Positions 63,582 through 64,000 of a DNA stretch of 64,000 bases are shown in pieces. The notes under the pieces are model-generated. The model saw nothing but the letters and a program-made list of their open reading frames with translations. It did not search any database and had not been told where the DNA came from. Each line of letters starts with the position of its first letter. The first letter of the stretch is position 1. The DNA is taken from NCBI RefSeq assembly GCF_964355755.1, contig NC_092670.1, positions 6,624,201 to 6,688,200 of the forward strand, read 5' to 3'. The stretch comes from Antedon mediterranea (Eukaryota; Animalia; Echinodermata). The position numbers and the translations under genes are program-made.

Positions 63582-63585
<4 letters not shown>
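63396..63585 (+). mobile_element. Short Penelope-A-family terminal fragment flanked by (TA)n on both sides
   Basis: First ~52 nt identical to the reverse complement of 22976-23028; contains a hammerhead. Confidence 0.8.
63418..63458 (+). ncRNA. Minimal type I hammerhead ribozyme
   Basis: GCA-CUGAUGA-AGGGC-uaguguu-GCCC-GAA-AGCU-C-UGC: core intact, palindromic AGCU in place of stem III. Confidence 0.75.
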
Positions 63586-63615
<30 letters not shown>

Positions 63616-63620
<5 letters not shown>

Positions 63621-64000
63621 CACAAGAGGCAATGAACATTAATTCTAAACCGCCCGGTGATATACTGAAATTTAATTAATTAATTTGAAACGATAAAGAT
63701 GAGGAAATCTGTGAGAATGAGAAAAAGTCGCCCCAACCGAGACTCGAACTCGGACCGCCTGCTTGATATGCAGATGTCCTAACCATTAGACCACTGGGGC
63801 TTTCATGGTATTGTTCAAACTCGATTGGATAGCGACTCTTTAACATTCTCGGCGTGGTACGGCGGAACAGCACTAGTCCTCAGTTGTACGCACGCACAAC
63901 AGAGATCAAATTGATACGCCCTCATCTTTCAGTATTTTTATTCACGAGGCGGGATCTCCGAAGAGATACTTTTATATATATAAACACATTAGGCAATGAA
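63616..64000 (-). repeat. ~360-bp unit with an internal tRNA-like sequence between (TA)n tracts; next unit starts near 63980
   Basis: AAACACA..AGGCAATGAA recurs at 63618 and 63982; the unit end is also present inverted at 40046-40120 and degenerate at ~13350, ~17310, ~20070. Confidence 0.75.
63729..63800 (-). tRNA. tRNA-like cloverleaf, anticodon ATC (probably repeat-borne, not a canonical tRNA-Asp)
   Basis: GCCCCAG/TTGGGGC acceptor, GTCT/GGAC D stem, TCTGC-ATATCAA-GCAGG, CCGAG-TTCGAGT-CTCGG, then T5. Confidence 0.65.

Noticed and set aside
40046-63693. Inverted 60-bp match (40046-40105 / 63634-63693) as TIRs of a 23.6-kb giant transposon
   Set aside because: The same sequence is the end of dispersed unit B, with more copies at ~13350, ~17310 and ~20070, and the right copy continues into a tandem unit.
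63860-63905. CUGAGGA after a hairpin on the - strand as a hammerhead in unit B
   Set aside because: No stem II/GAAA follows, and the CUGAG is part of the hairpin.

Overview
AT-rich animal genomic DNA; a marine invertebrate deuterostome such as an echinoderm is my inference from HYR-rich adhesion GPCR content. Bases 1-39.7k hold the 3' part of one large + strand, multi-exon adhesion GPCR with architecture HYR x6, (linkers-SMB-linkers-CUB) x3, HYR x11, EGF, Ig, SEA, HRM, GAIN/GPS and 7TM. Its introns carry RTE, Penelope and LINE remnants, MITEs, a foldback element, a SINE and a 5S-derived fragment. From 40.0k to the end is a nested pile of mobile elements in (TA)n tracts. It includes ~360-bp tandem units with an internal tRNA-like cloverleaf and a Penelope-like element with a hammerhead ribozyme, itself split by a near-intact CR1/L2-group LINE. 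It also includes a complete 15.8-kb Maverick/Polinton (47572-63371, TSD TATATA). The Maverick encodes integrase-chromodomain, minor and major capsid, adenain protease, packaging ATPase, a tandem-PC4 protein, a three-exon pPolB and an intron-containing Bcl-2-like cargo gene. That gene's hydrophobic tail lies behind a TGA-CTAG stop. All calls are by eye; no searches were run.
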